The notes beneath the pieces are model-generated. The model saw only the letters and a list, made by a program, of their open reading frames with translations, was not told the origin of the DNA and did no database searches. DNA of 64,000 nucleotides, taken from Octopus vulgaris. Its lineage: Eukaryota. Within the stretch, counting starts at the first letter, position 1; every line of letters begins with the position of its first letter. The position numbers and the translations under genes were made by a program. Location: contig OX597825.1 in assembly GCA_951406725.2 (NCBI GenBank), forward strand, positions 21,390,001-21,454,000, written 5' to 3'. Positions 1 to 12,659 of the stretch are shown here, piece by piece.

Positions 1-39
1 TCGAGTGAACCCTGCTTTCACCAAATCCTCTCATACCTA

Positions 40-910
40 TCTCTACAAGAAGGCAATGCTGTCTCATATCTCTTGTTTACATTGACTTCAATCAACCTAG
101 GTGTTCTGAGGAGATCCTTGATACACAGAGGGCAAGAGTTTATAAAGGAAGCAGTGTAGACTTTAAAGTCGATATAGGGCCCATTTAAATTCTTTTACTA
201 ACGTAAAAATATAAATTTGGGCCCATTTAAATTCTTTTACTAACGTAAAAATATAAATATAGGGCCCATTTAAATTCTTTTATTAACGTAAAAATATAAA
301 TATAGGGCCCATTTGAATTATTTTACTAACGTAAAAATATAAATATAGGGCCCATTTAAATTCTTTTACTAACGTAAAAATATAAATATAGGGCCCATTT
401 GAATTCTTTTACTAACGTAAAAATATAAATATAGGGCCCATTTAAATTCTTTTATTAACGTAAAAATATAAATATAGGGCCCATTTGAATTCTTTTACTA
501 ACGTAAAAATATAAATATAGGGCCCATTTAAATTCTTTTACTAACGTAAAAATATAAATATAGGGCCCATTTGAATTATTTTACTAACGTAAAAATATAA
601 ATATAGGGCCCTTTTAAATTCTTTTACTAACGTAAAAATATAAATATAGGGCCCTTTTAAATTCTTTTACTAACGTAAAATATAAATCTACAACACTAGC
701 TTCGTATATACAAGAACATAAACTAAAAAATATACACTACTCATTATCTTGGTCTGTAATAGCAGAAGCAACCCACACAACCCAACACAATACAATTACG
801 CATGTATGTAAATTGTGCATTAGAGAATCCATGAATATTCTTCGTCAATATGAGCCTATATCATTAAATAAGTTCTCGGATGCTATATTTTCCTGTAATC
901 ATAGATATCC
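40..910 (+). pseudogene. Penelope-like element GIY-YIG endonuclease C-terminal region, frameshifted and interrupted by a minisatellite
   Basis: Manual translation across frameshifts: CLISLVYI ... RVYKGSSVDFK(S)RYRAHLNSFTNVKYKSTTLASYI ... WSVIAEA ... VCKLCIRESMNIL ... LNKFSDAIFSCNH. This matches the PLE pattern VY..YIG..FK.RY..H..SF...ST.LS.YI..W.I...C.LC..E...LNK.S....C.H. Confidence 0.75.
172..687 (+). repeat. 43-bp minisatellite, 12 copies (ATAGGGCCCATTTAAATTCTTTTACTAACGTAAAAATATAAAT)
   Basis: GGGCCC anchor at 177, 219, 262, 305, 348, 391, 434, 477, 520, 563, 606, 649. Confidence 0.97.
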
Positions 911-1183
911 TTCAACATTTATAAATATTTTGATAAACCTCGATAAATTAACCATTAAGTTTTTAATTATCTATATTTCAATTAATCTCTATACTCCTGC
1001 CATCCAATAACTTCATATTGATAAATTATTATCTACTTAACATCTATAACATTTTCTAAATTGCATTTGCCATATTTTCTGTTATATCATTTCCTCCTCC
1101 GATTAACAACTGCACCTCCTTATATAACTAAATCTCACCTCCCCAGTACAACATTGCATGAAATGTGAATCCTGAATAATATA

Positions 1184-1273
1184 CTCTATGATGAAGGAGG
1201 CAGTGTCCAATATTTGGAGTGAAAATACACTTAAAATCTATGGATTACTATGCCCCTGAAACGGCCGTAAGAG
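1184..1273 (+). ncRNA. Type I hammerhead-like motif in the 3' end (pLTR) of the Penelope-like element
   Basis: CTCT-ATGATGA-AGGAGGCA...TGCCCCT-GAAA-CGGCCG-TA-AGAG: stems I and II pair, stem III is palindromic, triplet is GUA, C3 is replaced by A. Confidence 0.65.
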
Positions 1274-1485
1274 GATTACTACCAAAAGTTTATCTAAACT
1301 GGATTACTTATTCTTTTGGATTATTTACAAGTGGTTTTTGAAAAAAATCCAATCTCAATGCCTACGATGTTTTTTATTCGCTGTTCGGAATAAGACTTTA
1401 TTTTATTCACCTTTTTGTAAGGACATATTTTATTCTTAAATAATTTATATATATATCTTAAATGGAAACATGCGAGAATGAAAAG

Positions 1486-1922
1486 TAATATTCTTAAGAT
1501 TATAAACCTGAAAAAGTACAGGACAGGTTATTACAACTGGAAGAATACAGGACAAGCTATTACTTCTAGTAAAGTAAAGAATAAGAAACTTTTTACTTAA
1601 AATATTGCAGCAAAGAATGCCAGTTTTTCTAATTTATCACTCTTTACAGTTCTCATCTTATAAATTTATAGTACAAAACTGTTCAGCGAATTTGCATGTT
1701 TGTCTAATTAGTCACTTTTTTTCTGTATTTAAGGTAGCAAATTAGCCAAATTCTACTTAAATAGGTATAGTGTTATTTGTAAAGTATAAAAAAAAATAAT
1801 GTTTAATATTCAAATTTTAAATTTAGCTGCAATATTTTAAGTAAAAAGTTTCTTATTCCTTACTTTACAAGAAGTAATAGTTTGTCCTATACTTTTACAG
1901 GTTTATAATCTTAAGAATATTA
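1486..1922. repeat. Long imperfect inverted repeat (fold-back/MITE-like)
   Basis: Arm 1486-1611 is the reverse complement of 1826-1922; the left arm carries a ~29-bp internal duplication. Confidence 0.85.
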
Positions 1923-2546
1923 TTTTCTATGTACTTCATGAGTTTTCCTGGCATTGCTGTAATAAGATAATAATATGTCAATAAATAATCTAAGATTTTA
2001 CCTTATAAAATACTGAACAATAATATTTCAATTTTTCCATGTAAGTGATGATAAAATTTTTTTTTTTTTTCGTGTTTAACTAAAATATATGTTGTGATTG
2101 AATTATTTGATATTACCCATCCACACCAAATTAATGGCAGGAATTTGTCCATGTTGTTGCTTGCACCATGGTTCACCAAAAGTTACAAACAAGGCCCCAA
2201 AAACATCAGTTACCAGGGTCACCTGAAGTAACCTAATTTTGCAATATTAGGAGGTCACAGGAATTCATTCAACGAAAGAAAAAACATTCCCAATGATTCC
2301 GGGATTGGGGTGGGGGGGCCCCTCATTTTTTTCGAACCCAAATAATGGATTTGCAGCATATTAGGCGGTCAGGGTACATGATTCCACTCAAAAAATCAAA
2401 TTTGTTTCTTAGTAAAAATCGTGCGGGTGTCAATATACAGAAATTGACCGTAGTGTTGTTATTTAGCCTCAAATGAACCCTGATAAACGTAAAAATCAGA
2501 CCATGTTGCAACTCTATTCACATGTATATGTATGTATTTGTATGCA

Positions 2547-2661
<115 letters not shown>

Positions 2662-2673
2662 CATGTATATATG

Positions 2674-2707
<34 letters not shown>

Positions 2708-2708
2708 T

Positions 2709-2963
2709 GTGGAGGCGCGTGGCTTAGTGGTTAGGGTATCAGCATCATGACCGTAAGATTGTGGTTTCGATTCCTGGACCGGGCGACGCTTTGTGTTCTT
2801 GAGCAAAACACTTCATTTCACGTTGTTCCAGTCCACTCAGCTGCCAAAAATGAGTAACGCAGCGATGGACTGGCGTCCCGTCCAGCTGGGAAGAACACAT
2901 ACGCCATAGAAACCTGGAAACCGGACCCATGAGCCTGGCTAGGCTTTAAAAGGGGACATTTAT
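2709..2963 (+). mobile_element. tRNA-derived SINE, family C
   Basis: A box TGGCTTAGTGG, B-box-like GGTTTCGATTCC, body TTGTGTTCTTGAGCAA; near-identical copy at 21345. Confidence 0.85.
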
Positions 2964-3014
<51 letters not shown>

Positions 3015-3455
3015 GTATATATTTGTGAATTTCCTCACTTGCAGACTGTCGGGTGAAGAAGGTAAAATGTAAGATTTCTGGCAGAGATTTTTCTTTTGTC
3101 AGAGAATGGCTTCAAATATCTTCTCTCTATACATAAAACTATTATAACAGATTTGTTTGTTTTTTTTCTCTCTTTTCGTCTTTCTGTGTTTTTTTTTTAT
3201 CACTATTATCACTTTTTTTTTCTTTTACTTTTACTGTTGAGTACAATCTAGATTCATGTTTACAATTGCCATGAGAAACAGTTTTAAAGTATTGTACTAA
3301 TTTGTCTTTGAAGTCAAACAACACGTTCCGAAAGTTTATTCATTTCTTGGTTTTAATAGCAACACAATATACGTAGCCACTATCTAATGTTTCTTACCGG
3401 AAACAGTAAGAAGTCCTGCAGCATGCGATTGTTTCCGAGGCTATATATATGTATG

Positions 3456-3489
<34 letters not shown>

Positions 3490-4103
3490 TGTATGTATGT
3501 ATGTATGTATGTATGTATGTATGTATGTATGTATGTATGTATGTATGTATGTATGTATGTATATATGTGCGTGTGTGTGTGTTTGTGTTGTGTGCGTCTG
3601 TGTGTGTTCTCTAATCATTTACAAATGAAATTGTTTTCTTTCGTTTCGCTTCGTATTTTTCTTAATGCCATAAAAAAATATTTCACTGCAAACACTGTAC
3701 AACGTCTGTTATTTGAAAAAAAGTAAAAAAAAAAACAGACACATGCACACCTAGATACTCACACAGGCTCGCGCGTATATATAAATACAGACGTAAATCC
3801 ATACATATATACATACGGGCATACGTACGGGCCTATATAAATACATGTATGTGTGTATGTATGCATATAGTTATATACATACGTGTTTGCATATATAGAT
3901 ACGTTTATATATATGTATATATATATATATGTGTGTGTGTGTGTATTATATATATATATATAAGTCTTTATTTATGTGTGTGTATATATATGAACATATA
4001 TATGTGAACATATATATAGAAACATATATACATACAACTATATTACTTTACCTAATACACCTGTATTATATATATATATATATATTCATACATGTCTATA
4101 TAA

Positions 4104-4156
<53 letters not shown>

Positions 4157-4269
4157 GTTTATAAATACACATATATACATGTTTACATATAATAGATACG
4201 TATATGAATGTGTGTGTGTGTGTGTATATATAAATGAATTAGGCACTTACATCCATCCATACATCAGTC

Positions 4270-4925
4270 TATCGTAGCATCAAAGCACGTAAACAACACG
4301 ACCTCTCTAAAAGGCATCCCATCAAAGGGACAAGTTGAAAGCTACTGGATATCTAAATGGGAGAAGAAATGGCGAGGTGAACAAGCTAGCTCTATCAATG
4401 GAAGAAGCAAAAAAGGGGTACTAGAAATATACAAACATGGAGTAGTGTCCAACGGACTTTTTTATGCAGATCTTAGCACGATAGCCCAGAAGATAAAGCA
4501 ATATGTAACAATTGTGAGTCGGGCATAATCTTCCAAAATACGAAGGAATTAGTGTTTAAATATTACGTTTAAAGCCGTTGTAAAATCTAGGCAGTGTCCA
4601 GGACAGAAGAAAAGAAAGTGAGCTAGGAAGTAGAACTAAGTTGTAACACAGGCATTAATTTCATCTTTTTCTTTATTAGCGATGGAAGCAGTATTAGTTT
4701 AAAGTTGCATGCTGTATATCTTACTGAAACTGCGGTATTCGTTCCGAGAAAGCATCTCATACAGACGTATTGTGCTAAAAGAAGACAAGTGTATCTGTCA
4801 CAGACGGAGAGCTTTCAGCCACGATGGTGCAAATGCTATATCTGGGATTTCTGTTTCTTTGAGCATCATCAGTAGCAAGTATCCACCAGCAACGGCATGC
4901 TTAGATAAATTAGATTTAGCCTGAC
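4270..4925 (-). mobile_element. Degenerate LINE ORF2 fragment (putative endonuclease-RT linker)
   Basis: Minus-strand translation with stops includes FWAIV..KSP...ASSIDRASLF, resembling the FW..V..KS.IP.L...S..DKA.LF linker of APE-type LINEs. Confidence 0.3.
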
Positions 4926-5060
4926 AAATCGATCCAAGTATTTAAGTGTTAAGCCTGGTACTTATTATATCGAACTCTTTTGCCAAATCACTGGTTTACG
5001 GAGATGTAAACAAACAAATGCCAGTTGTCAGACGGTGGGTGGGTGTACAAATACATACAC

Positions 5061-5146
<86 letters not shown>

Positions 5147-5155
5147 ATGTATATA

Positions 5156-5352
5156 GGGAGATTTTACGAAAAAAAACGAAAGACGAAGACAGGTGGTGTA
5201 CAAAACAAACAGCTGTATTAGTATAACGCTCAGGAATAGAAAAAGTATTTTACGTTTCGAGCCTACGCTCTTCTACAGAAAGGGACACAGTAAAAACAAG
5301 GAGAGAAACAAGGAAAGAAAAAAATAGTGGCTAACGATCTATCATGGCGACT
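5156..5352 (-). mobile_element. Short HHR-bearing repeat family H1, copy 1 (motif 5248-5283), inside a family A SINE remnant
   Basis: Minus strand TTT-CTGTAGA-A-GAGC-GTAG-GCTC-GAAA-CG-TA-AAA; homologous to 17685-17880 and 59368-59485. Confidence 0.65.
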
Positions 5353-5679
5353 GACTCTGACAGAAGGGTCACACACGAGTGGGAAAGTAGTTGAGATAAT
5401 AAAGTAAAGATGACCCCCAACACGAAGGTGCGTGTGTGTATAAGAGAGTATGTATGTGCGTGTGAAAGAGGGCCGGTGGCCTGGATGTGTTCGTGTATGT
5501 ATGTTTATGAGTGAATATATGTATGTATGTATGTATATATATATATGGCCTGGGCTATAGTAAAAGGCAATTGTCCGAGGTGCCGTGCAGTGGAACCAAA
5601 CCCGAGACCACGTGATTGCCAGTCGAGCTTCTTAACCACACACCCAAGTCTGTTAAAGATTAAAGACAGATGAAATGTC

Positions 5680-5916
5680 AATAGCGAACTAATGAAAATA
5701 TATGCAAATAATAATGCAGCAGGACTTAACCTTGAAATTTACACCTGTAATTATTGGAGGTGGGAGTTTCGTTGTGTAATTATTAACATAAGCATAAATC
5801 TCGAGAAGGTAGGATTTATTCCATTGCAAACAGTGCTGCTAATGAATAAACTGAAATTGCAAGCTATTAATGGAACTGTTAAATTATGTAAGGAATTCAA
5901 GAAGTTTGGCTCGTAG
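5680..5916 (+). mobile_element. 3' fragment of RLE-type non-LTR retrotransposon
   Basis: NLEKVGF...LKLQAINGTVKLCKEFKKF aligns with 31198-31488 (NLEKLGF...LQIQPITGAVKICKTF). Confidence 0.7.
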
Positions 5917-6102
5917 TAAGTGCAAAGAGGAAACTATAGATAAACAAACGTATATACACATGCATAAGTGTGAAGATAACATACACACACCACTACCGAG
6001 CTGATGTTATCTAAATTCCATGGAGAGCGCTTTTATCTATGTGTGTGTATGTATATGCTTGTATGTATGAATGTGTGTATGCTTGTTTCTTTGTGTGTCT
6101 GT

Positions 6103-6138
<36 letters not shown>

Positions 6139-6328
6139 TGAATTTAGCATTCCAAAGCTAGTTTTAACAATAATAAAGTACCATTTAGTTATTCGGTGAC
6201 TAAATACTGAGAGTGGAGTCAGATCTGGTTGAATAAGCCGTTAGGTGAAATTTGAAATGCCAGGCAATACAAAATATAGTCTTATACATACATACATACA
6301 TACATACATACATACATACATACATACA

Positions 6329-6360
<32 letters not shown>

Positions 6361-6400
6361 CATATGTATACATATGTATACATATATATATATGTCTGTG

Positions 6401-6455
<55 letters not shown>

Positions 6456-7012
6456 GTGTGTATAAATCATATTCAGGAAAAAAAGCCAAATCCTTCAAGG
6501 GGATGGAAAACATGCAATTTCCACTGGTAATTCAGTTGAATCCCACAAATAAAATGCTATAATTATATGCATAAATCTGAATTTTATAAATTCACTAATA
6601 CATACGAATGACTCGAAAGAAATTGTTGGATTTATATTTGTTTTAAATTATTCGCTGCATTATATAATATAATATAATATTATATTATATTATATCTTTT
6701 TATAGTATAATTATATAATGATAATAATAATAATAATATCAGGGAATATAATTCCAAACTTACAGGGAAAAATTCAAAACCTATTTCATAATATATAATA
6801 TATGTATATAATTAAGAGTCAATTTAATGTTTATTTAATTCCTTGATTTTTTAAATAATATTTATTATAGTATATTTAATTTTTTTCTATTTAATATAGA
6901 TAATGTTTTTCCCGATTGAATTGCTTAATAGAGGCTATTTCTCTTATATATATATATATAAGAAATATTGAATTTCTAAATCTCTCGTAGAGACATGTAC
7001 GGTGGTGGGGCG

Positions 7013-7142
7013 ATAGAATGGTTGTATACTGTCAATCTAACAAGAACGTGACAGTAGGGGTACACCACCAATGCTTCCTAGGGTTATACAGCGGTGGTGT
7101 ACCCCCTACTGTCACGTTCTTGTTAGATTGACAGTATACAAC

Positions 7143-7150
<8 letters not shown>
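7013..7150. repeat. Near-perfect hairpin, 57/58-bp arms, 23-nt loop, abutting (TA)n
   Basis: 7013-7069 is the reverse complement of 7093-7150 with one indel. Confidence 0.95.
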
Positions 7151-7186
<36 letters not shown>

Positions 7187-7218
7187 TACATATAGTGTGG
7201 GTATGTGTGTGAGTGAGT

Positions 7219-7261
<43 letters not shown>

Positions 7262-8169
7262 ATAATACACATATTTATAGTGTGTGCGAAAGCATTGTCT
7301 TTCATCATCGACGGTAATGTACAAATATACATATGTTTATATGTAAAACCAACCAGATGGTCATTTCTAGAAGCGAATGATATAAACTAAGAAATCTAGA
7401 GACATATAGACTACTGGGTTAATCGCAGTAATTGTTCATTTTTATTTTACACCAGAAGAACAACAAAACCAAATAAGAAATCCTGTTGTGATGAAATGTT
7501 AAACTGAATTTAATTGAGATTTGAATTCAGAATTTGACAGGATCTTTTCACTTTTATCTTTTACTGGTTTTAGTCATTAGACTGCGTATATGCTTTTAGT
7601 CGAATGAATTGACCCTAGTACTTTTGTCTTTAAAACCTGGTACTTATTCTATTGGTCACTTTTGCTGACTGTCAGGCGGTGATGTTGGACACACAAACCC
7701 CTGTCCCCACATACGACGGGCTACTTTCAGTTTCCGTCTACCCAATCCACTCACAAAATTTTAGTCAGTCCGTGGCTATAGTAGAAGAGACAACGAAGAA
7801 ATTATTGAAAATATTCTTATCTACTCTAGGCACAAGGCCCGAAATGTTTGGGGATGGGGGAGGGCAGTCGATTAGATCGACCCTAGTACGCAACTGATAC
7901 TTAATTTATCGAACCCGAAAGGATGAAAGGCTAAGTCGATCTCGGCAGAATTTGAACTCAGAACGTAAAGACAGACGAATTACCACTAAGCTTCGGAGTA
8001 TGTTGATATTATTTATGTCAATGAAATAAAATGTCAATGTCTTTCGGTGTGCTAAATTCTGTTATTTTCTTGGCCGTTGTGATATTATTAACTTTCCTCA
8101 TTGAACGCTCATTTTTTTGCATTTACAGCAACAAGTTAGGCTGAATGGTTATAAATAATATCTGTTTGG

Positions 8170-9150
8170 GGGACAGAATTATTTTTTCTCTGTGCTCGAT
8201 GGCGCAGGATGACAATTTTTCATCTTGTCTTTTCTTTTTCCTTTGTTGTTGCCACTCCATTGCTTCTGTATTTTCTGACATTCTCCTTCAGTTTCTTCTG
8301 TTGTTCTTGTGGATGGTTCTGGTGATAATGGTGAGGTTGTGGCTTCTGAAGATTCTTCTGGAGGTGGGGAATTCGGTGCTTCATTGAGAGGAGGATTGCA
8401 CTCGGCTCTGATGTGGCCTAGCTTACTACATCTTAAACACCGAGGCTTCCTCCCTTCTACCATTACTCAGAGCTTGTATCCCTCCACATCGATAACCTCT
8501 ATTATATTTTCCAGGTCGGCAGGGGAAGCTTGAACAATCATCTCGATTTCCTTCCCCTGCCAATTTTGACATTCTGTTACTGTTGGTTGTAAGATTGCCA
8601 CTTTTTCTTCCATTCCGAAATATACAGCTGCCACCAGACAGCTTGCATTCAATTCCGGTGGTATTTCACCCACTTTAATCTAGACGTTCTTCTGCCTAGG
8701 TACGTGGGTAAAAGTACCACCTCCGCTGTCCTTAGAGTTTCTATAGAGTGAAGTTTTGCCAGCTCCTCGGTTTTGAATCTTACTTCTACCTTTGCATATT
8801 TCCTTTCTCTTTTTAAGAACGTGAAGTTCCTCAAATTTTGCTTCAAAGCAAGTGCCACGGCTTCTTTAGAAGCTACATCCAGTCTCTTGTCCTTCACAAT
8901 CCAACTTTTGTAAATTACAGTTCTCTTTTCGACACTTTCCATGGTTTCATCGGTATGGGCAATTTTTAGTTCTTGCCCTCTCTTTGAAACATCTCGTTAA
9001 AATTTTCCAACTCTTCTGGTTCGATGTTTATTTTGGTTTCTGACCCAGTGGCGGCTGCAGCGAAATGTTTCCCTTCTTTTATGCTTGTTGGTTCCATCGT
9101 GTATTTCGTAGCTTGTGGCTCTTTGACTGGAGTCATGTTGTTGAGCATAC
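8170..9150 (-). pseudogene. Retroelement ORF1/Gag-like relic with CCHC zinc knuckle (L1/Tx1-like)
   Basis: Four abutting minus-strand ORFs (8966-9148, 8649-8942, 8467-8673, 8179-8463) form one broken frame with RCLRCSKLGHIRAEC (CX2CX4HX4C) and a low-complexity tail. Confidence 0.75.
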
Positions 9151-10214
9151 TGCACTGGTGTATAACAAATCACCCTTGAAACAAGCGGGGCACGTAAAGA
9201 AAGACTTTCACAAACAACAACTTTATTTAACAAATGTAACAACAAATGTAACAAACACAAAGTTCAACAATAAAAAACGATATATATATATATTACTCAC
9301 AGTACAACTACAATAACTACAATACAGCAATAAACCATAAAGCATTTGGGAAACGAACGACAGGCTGGTAAATTTGGGTGCCTTTTACAACCAATGAGTC
9401 ATCGTTTCGCACCTGCATCATGCTTTTCATAAAGATGCGTTCGTGAGCATTACCATGTTTACAAAAAGTGAGCGAGTTCGAACCCTATATGCAATCCTTG
9501 TGTTTTCAAAAGAAATGGTGTTGTGGGTTATGGGTTAGTGAAATCTGCCTGCTGTCATATTACCTAGAAATGTGATAAAATCCATTTAATCTCAATATCG
9601 TGTGTGAATCAAATAATATTTTACAGTGTGATGTTTCTTTTGAAGTTCAGGCTTCTTTCAGTTTCCGTCTACCAAATCCACTCACAACGCTTTGGTCGGC
9701 GCGAGACTATGGTAGAAGATACTTGCCCAAGGTGCCACGCTATGGGACTGAACCCAGAACTATGTGGTTGGAAAGCAAAATCTTCTTACCACACAGCCAT
9801 ACCTGCGCCAATGAAATGATTTCAGGTGTCAATAATAATATTTTATTTGGACAAAACCGAAAGACGTAATCGAAAATTTAAAAAATAATGAACAAACCAC
9901 TAAAATGTTCAATAAATCCATAAATCAAAATAGAAATACAAACATAAAACATACAAGTTTTTCAGATGTTCTATAGAAATATATCAATATGGATCAGTTA
10001 ATAGCTCCTGCTATCGAAAGTAGAGTATTTGATGGCATAAAACACGTGCGAGTATTGTAGACACACCCTAACTTCAGCAGTGCATATTCAGGGTAGAATG
10101 ATTATAGTGGATTAAAGTATGTAATATTGGGAGATTTTTTTGTGATGTTATTTTTTGGGGAAAAAGTTCGTCTCAAAAGTCAGCAAGTACAGTACTCGTT
10201 CTGTGACATGATGG

Positions 10215-10618
10215 AGATGATGATAATGATGATGATGATGATGATGATGATGTATAAATTATCTCCATTCGCTCACATTGCATAGTGCATGATTAGTTCT
10301 TCGAGCGGTACCATTCGGGGCCAAACTGCATTCTTCTTCTCGGGTGAAACCACATCTCGGTCTAGTCTTTCCGCACAGTCATTTGCCATGTCTTCACCAG
10401 CCTACCTCTTCTTCTTCTTCTTCATCCTTCAACTGTCCATTCGACGGATGTACTCGTCAGTCTCTCTAACGGTAAGCACAATACATGGCCCAACCTACTT
10501 CCTTCGTCTGGCTCCGATGATGTCTTGGAACTTACTTTGGCCAGCTCTTCTCATGATTTCATCGTTTGTGATGTCATCACATCAAGTGATCTGCAGGATA
10601 TTCCGAAGGCACTGGCCA
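10215..10618 (-). mobile_element. RTE-like LINE 3' end with (CAT)n tail
   Basis: QCLRNILQIT*CDDITNDEIMRRAG...RRRK resembles RTE CLRRIL.I.W.D.ITN.EVL.RA; (GAT)n at 10215-10252 lies at the element 3' end. Confidence 0.7.
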
Positions 10619-10849
10619 TAAAAAAGAAAAAAAATCACCCTATAAAAAAACATGTCCGTCAGTCTCCGTGTGCTCCTTGGCAAAGCAACGCCCATTTTTC
10701 TACAAGTAAGACCAATATGGCCATTTCATCCATTCATCAAGGGATTAAACTTCGTCTTGGTTCGTAATTCTGGTCCAACGGGATAGTCTCTGTATGAATG
10801 CTTGCACTGCTACCTTTAAGACAAAATGAACACATTCATTTCTTTTCTA

Positions 10850-11355
10850 TACTCTAGGCATAAGGCCCGAAATCTTTGGGGAGGGGCCAGTAGATTAAAT
10901 CGACCCCAGTACACAACTGGTACTTAATTTATTGACACCGAAAGGATGAAAGGCAAAGTCGACCTCGGCGGAATTTGAGCTCAGAACGTAGCGGCAGACG
11001 AAATACCAATTTCTTTACTACCCATAAGGGGCTAAACCCAGAGAAGACAAACAAGGACAGACAAACGGATTAAGTCGATTATATCGACCCTAGTGCGTAA
11101 CTGGTACTTAATTTATCGCCCACGAATGGATGAAAGGCAAAGTCGACCTCGGCGGAATTTGAACTCAGAACGTAACGGCAGACGAAATACGGCTACGCAT
11201 TTCGCCCGGCGTGTTAAAGTTTCTTATTTCTTTATTGCCCATAAACATAGAGGAGACAAACAAGGACAGACAAAAGGATTAAGTCGATTACATTGACCCC
11301 AGTGCGTAACTGGTACTTAATTTATCGACCAAAAGGGTGAAAGGCAAAGTCGACG
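10850..11355 (-). mobile_element. SINE family B tandem cluster
   Basis: Repeated AAAGGATGAAAGGCAAAGTCGACCTCGGCGGAATTTGAACTCAGAACG blocks shared with >15 other loci in the window. Confidence 0.85.
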
Positions 11356-11493
11356 GAGATGTACTTGCATAGCAAGTGACTTGACCTGAGATCGTGTGCT
11401 GAAAGGAAAACAATTGCAGCGTAGAAGGTGTTTATAACCCATTTAAAAACACACAAGAATAGTTAGATTTACTTCAACATCTAAATTTAATTT

Positions 11494-11538
11494 GTCAAAA
11501 TATTTTTGCCGCTTTGAAACTGCGACCTGTTCACTGAC
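11494..11538 (-). ncRNA. Hammerhead-like motif with G3-C8 core variant
   Basis: GTCA-GTGAACA-G-GTCGC-agtttcaaa-GCGGC-AAAA-ATAT-TT-TGAC: stems I and II pair, AATATT palindrome; G12 appears mutated to A. Confidence 0.5.
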
Positions 11539-11719
11539 TAAATTCCGTGCTGATTCTAAACACCTTCCACGCTGCAACTAAATATATATATATTATATTC
11601 ATATATATATATATATGCATGTGTATGCATATATATGCGTATGTATATTTATATGTAAGTATATATATATATATATATATTATTTAACTACGTGCTTTCA
11701 CACACCAACTTTCTCACCT

Positions 11720-11794
<75 letters not shown>

Positions 11795-12367
11795 TACATA
11801 CAAACCCAAGATTATTTTGGCGCTCACCTTTTACATTTTCTTTAAATTGTAAACTGTTGCTGGTCACTGTTACCTGACACACCCGCCAGAATACCTCTCC
11901 ACCCCACCCGCGACCATCACAACCACGGAGCTATCCGCTTAACTTAAGGAGCCGTAAAACTGTCAAGGTATGTGTTCCACGTTCGCTGGAATCACATTTT
12001 ATTTCCTTATATCAACCCCTACTGACAATGGGTGTCTCTAGTACCGTAGTGGCCCCGCGTCTACATGTGTGTGTGAGTGTATAGACACATTGATACGCAC
12101 ATATATGCATGCATGTATGTGTGTGTATATATGTCTATATACACATGTATATATACATATGTATGTATATATATATGTATATATATATATATGCACGTAT
12201 ATATACACTATATATATACATATATATATATGCACGTATATATATATATATATATATACATGCATACATATATATGTATGTATATATATTCATATATATA
12301 TATATATACAAGTATATATATATATATATATATACATACACGTATATATAAATCTCTATATATATGC

Positions 12368-12413
<46 letters not shown>

Positions 12414-12659
12414 TATTGTTGTGTGTTTACTTCCAGTGTTTCCCCTCCCTTGCAGCCATTCGAAACGTCACGCCCACAGACTCATATAAATTACTCTTTC
12501 CTCCCTTTTTATTCTTAATCTTTGTCTGTCTGTCTCTCTCCGTCTCTCTCTATATATATACTTCATTGACCAGTGGCTACCAGCGAGACGCTGGGTGACA
12601 ATTAAGAACAAAGTTGTGATATTTGGAGAGACAACGGACAGGGCTGAGTTACAACTGTC

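Noticed and set aside
172-687. CRISPR-like array
   Set aside because: Units are contiguous with no unique spacers; the context is eukaryotic and there are no cas genes.
2709-2785. tRNA gene
   Set aside because: A/B boxes continue into a multi-copy SINE body; no complete cloverleaf.
11850-11972. Possible upstream exon ending CAAG|GTATGT
   Set aside because: The frame needed to join the phase-1 VWC exon has a stop just upstream, and there is no signal peptide.
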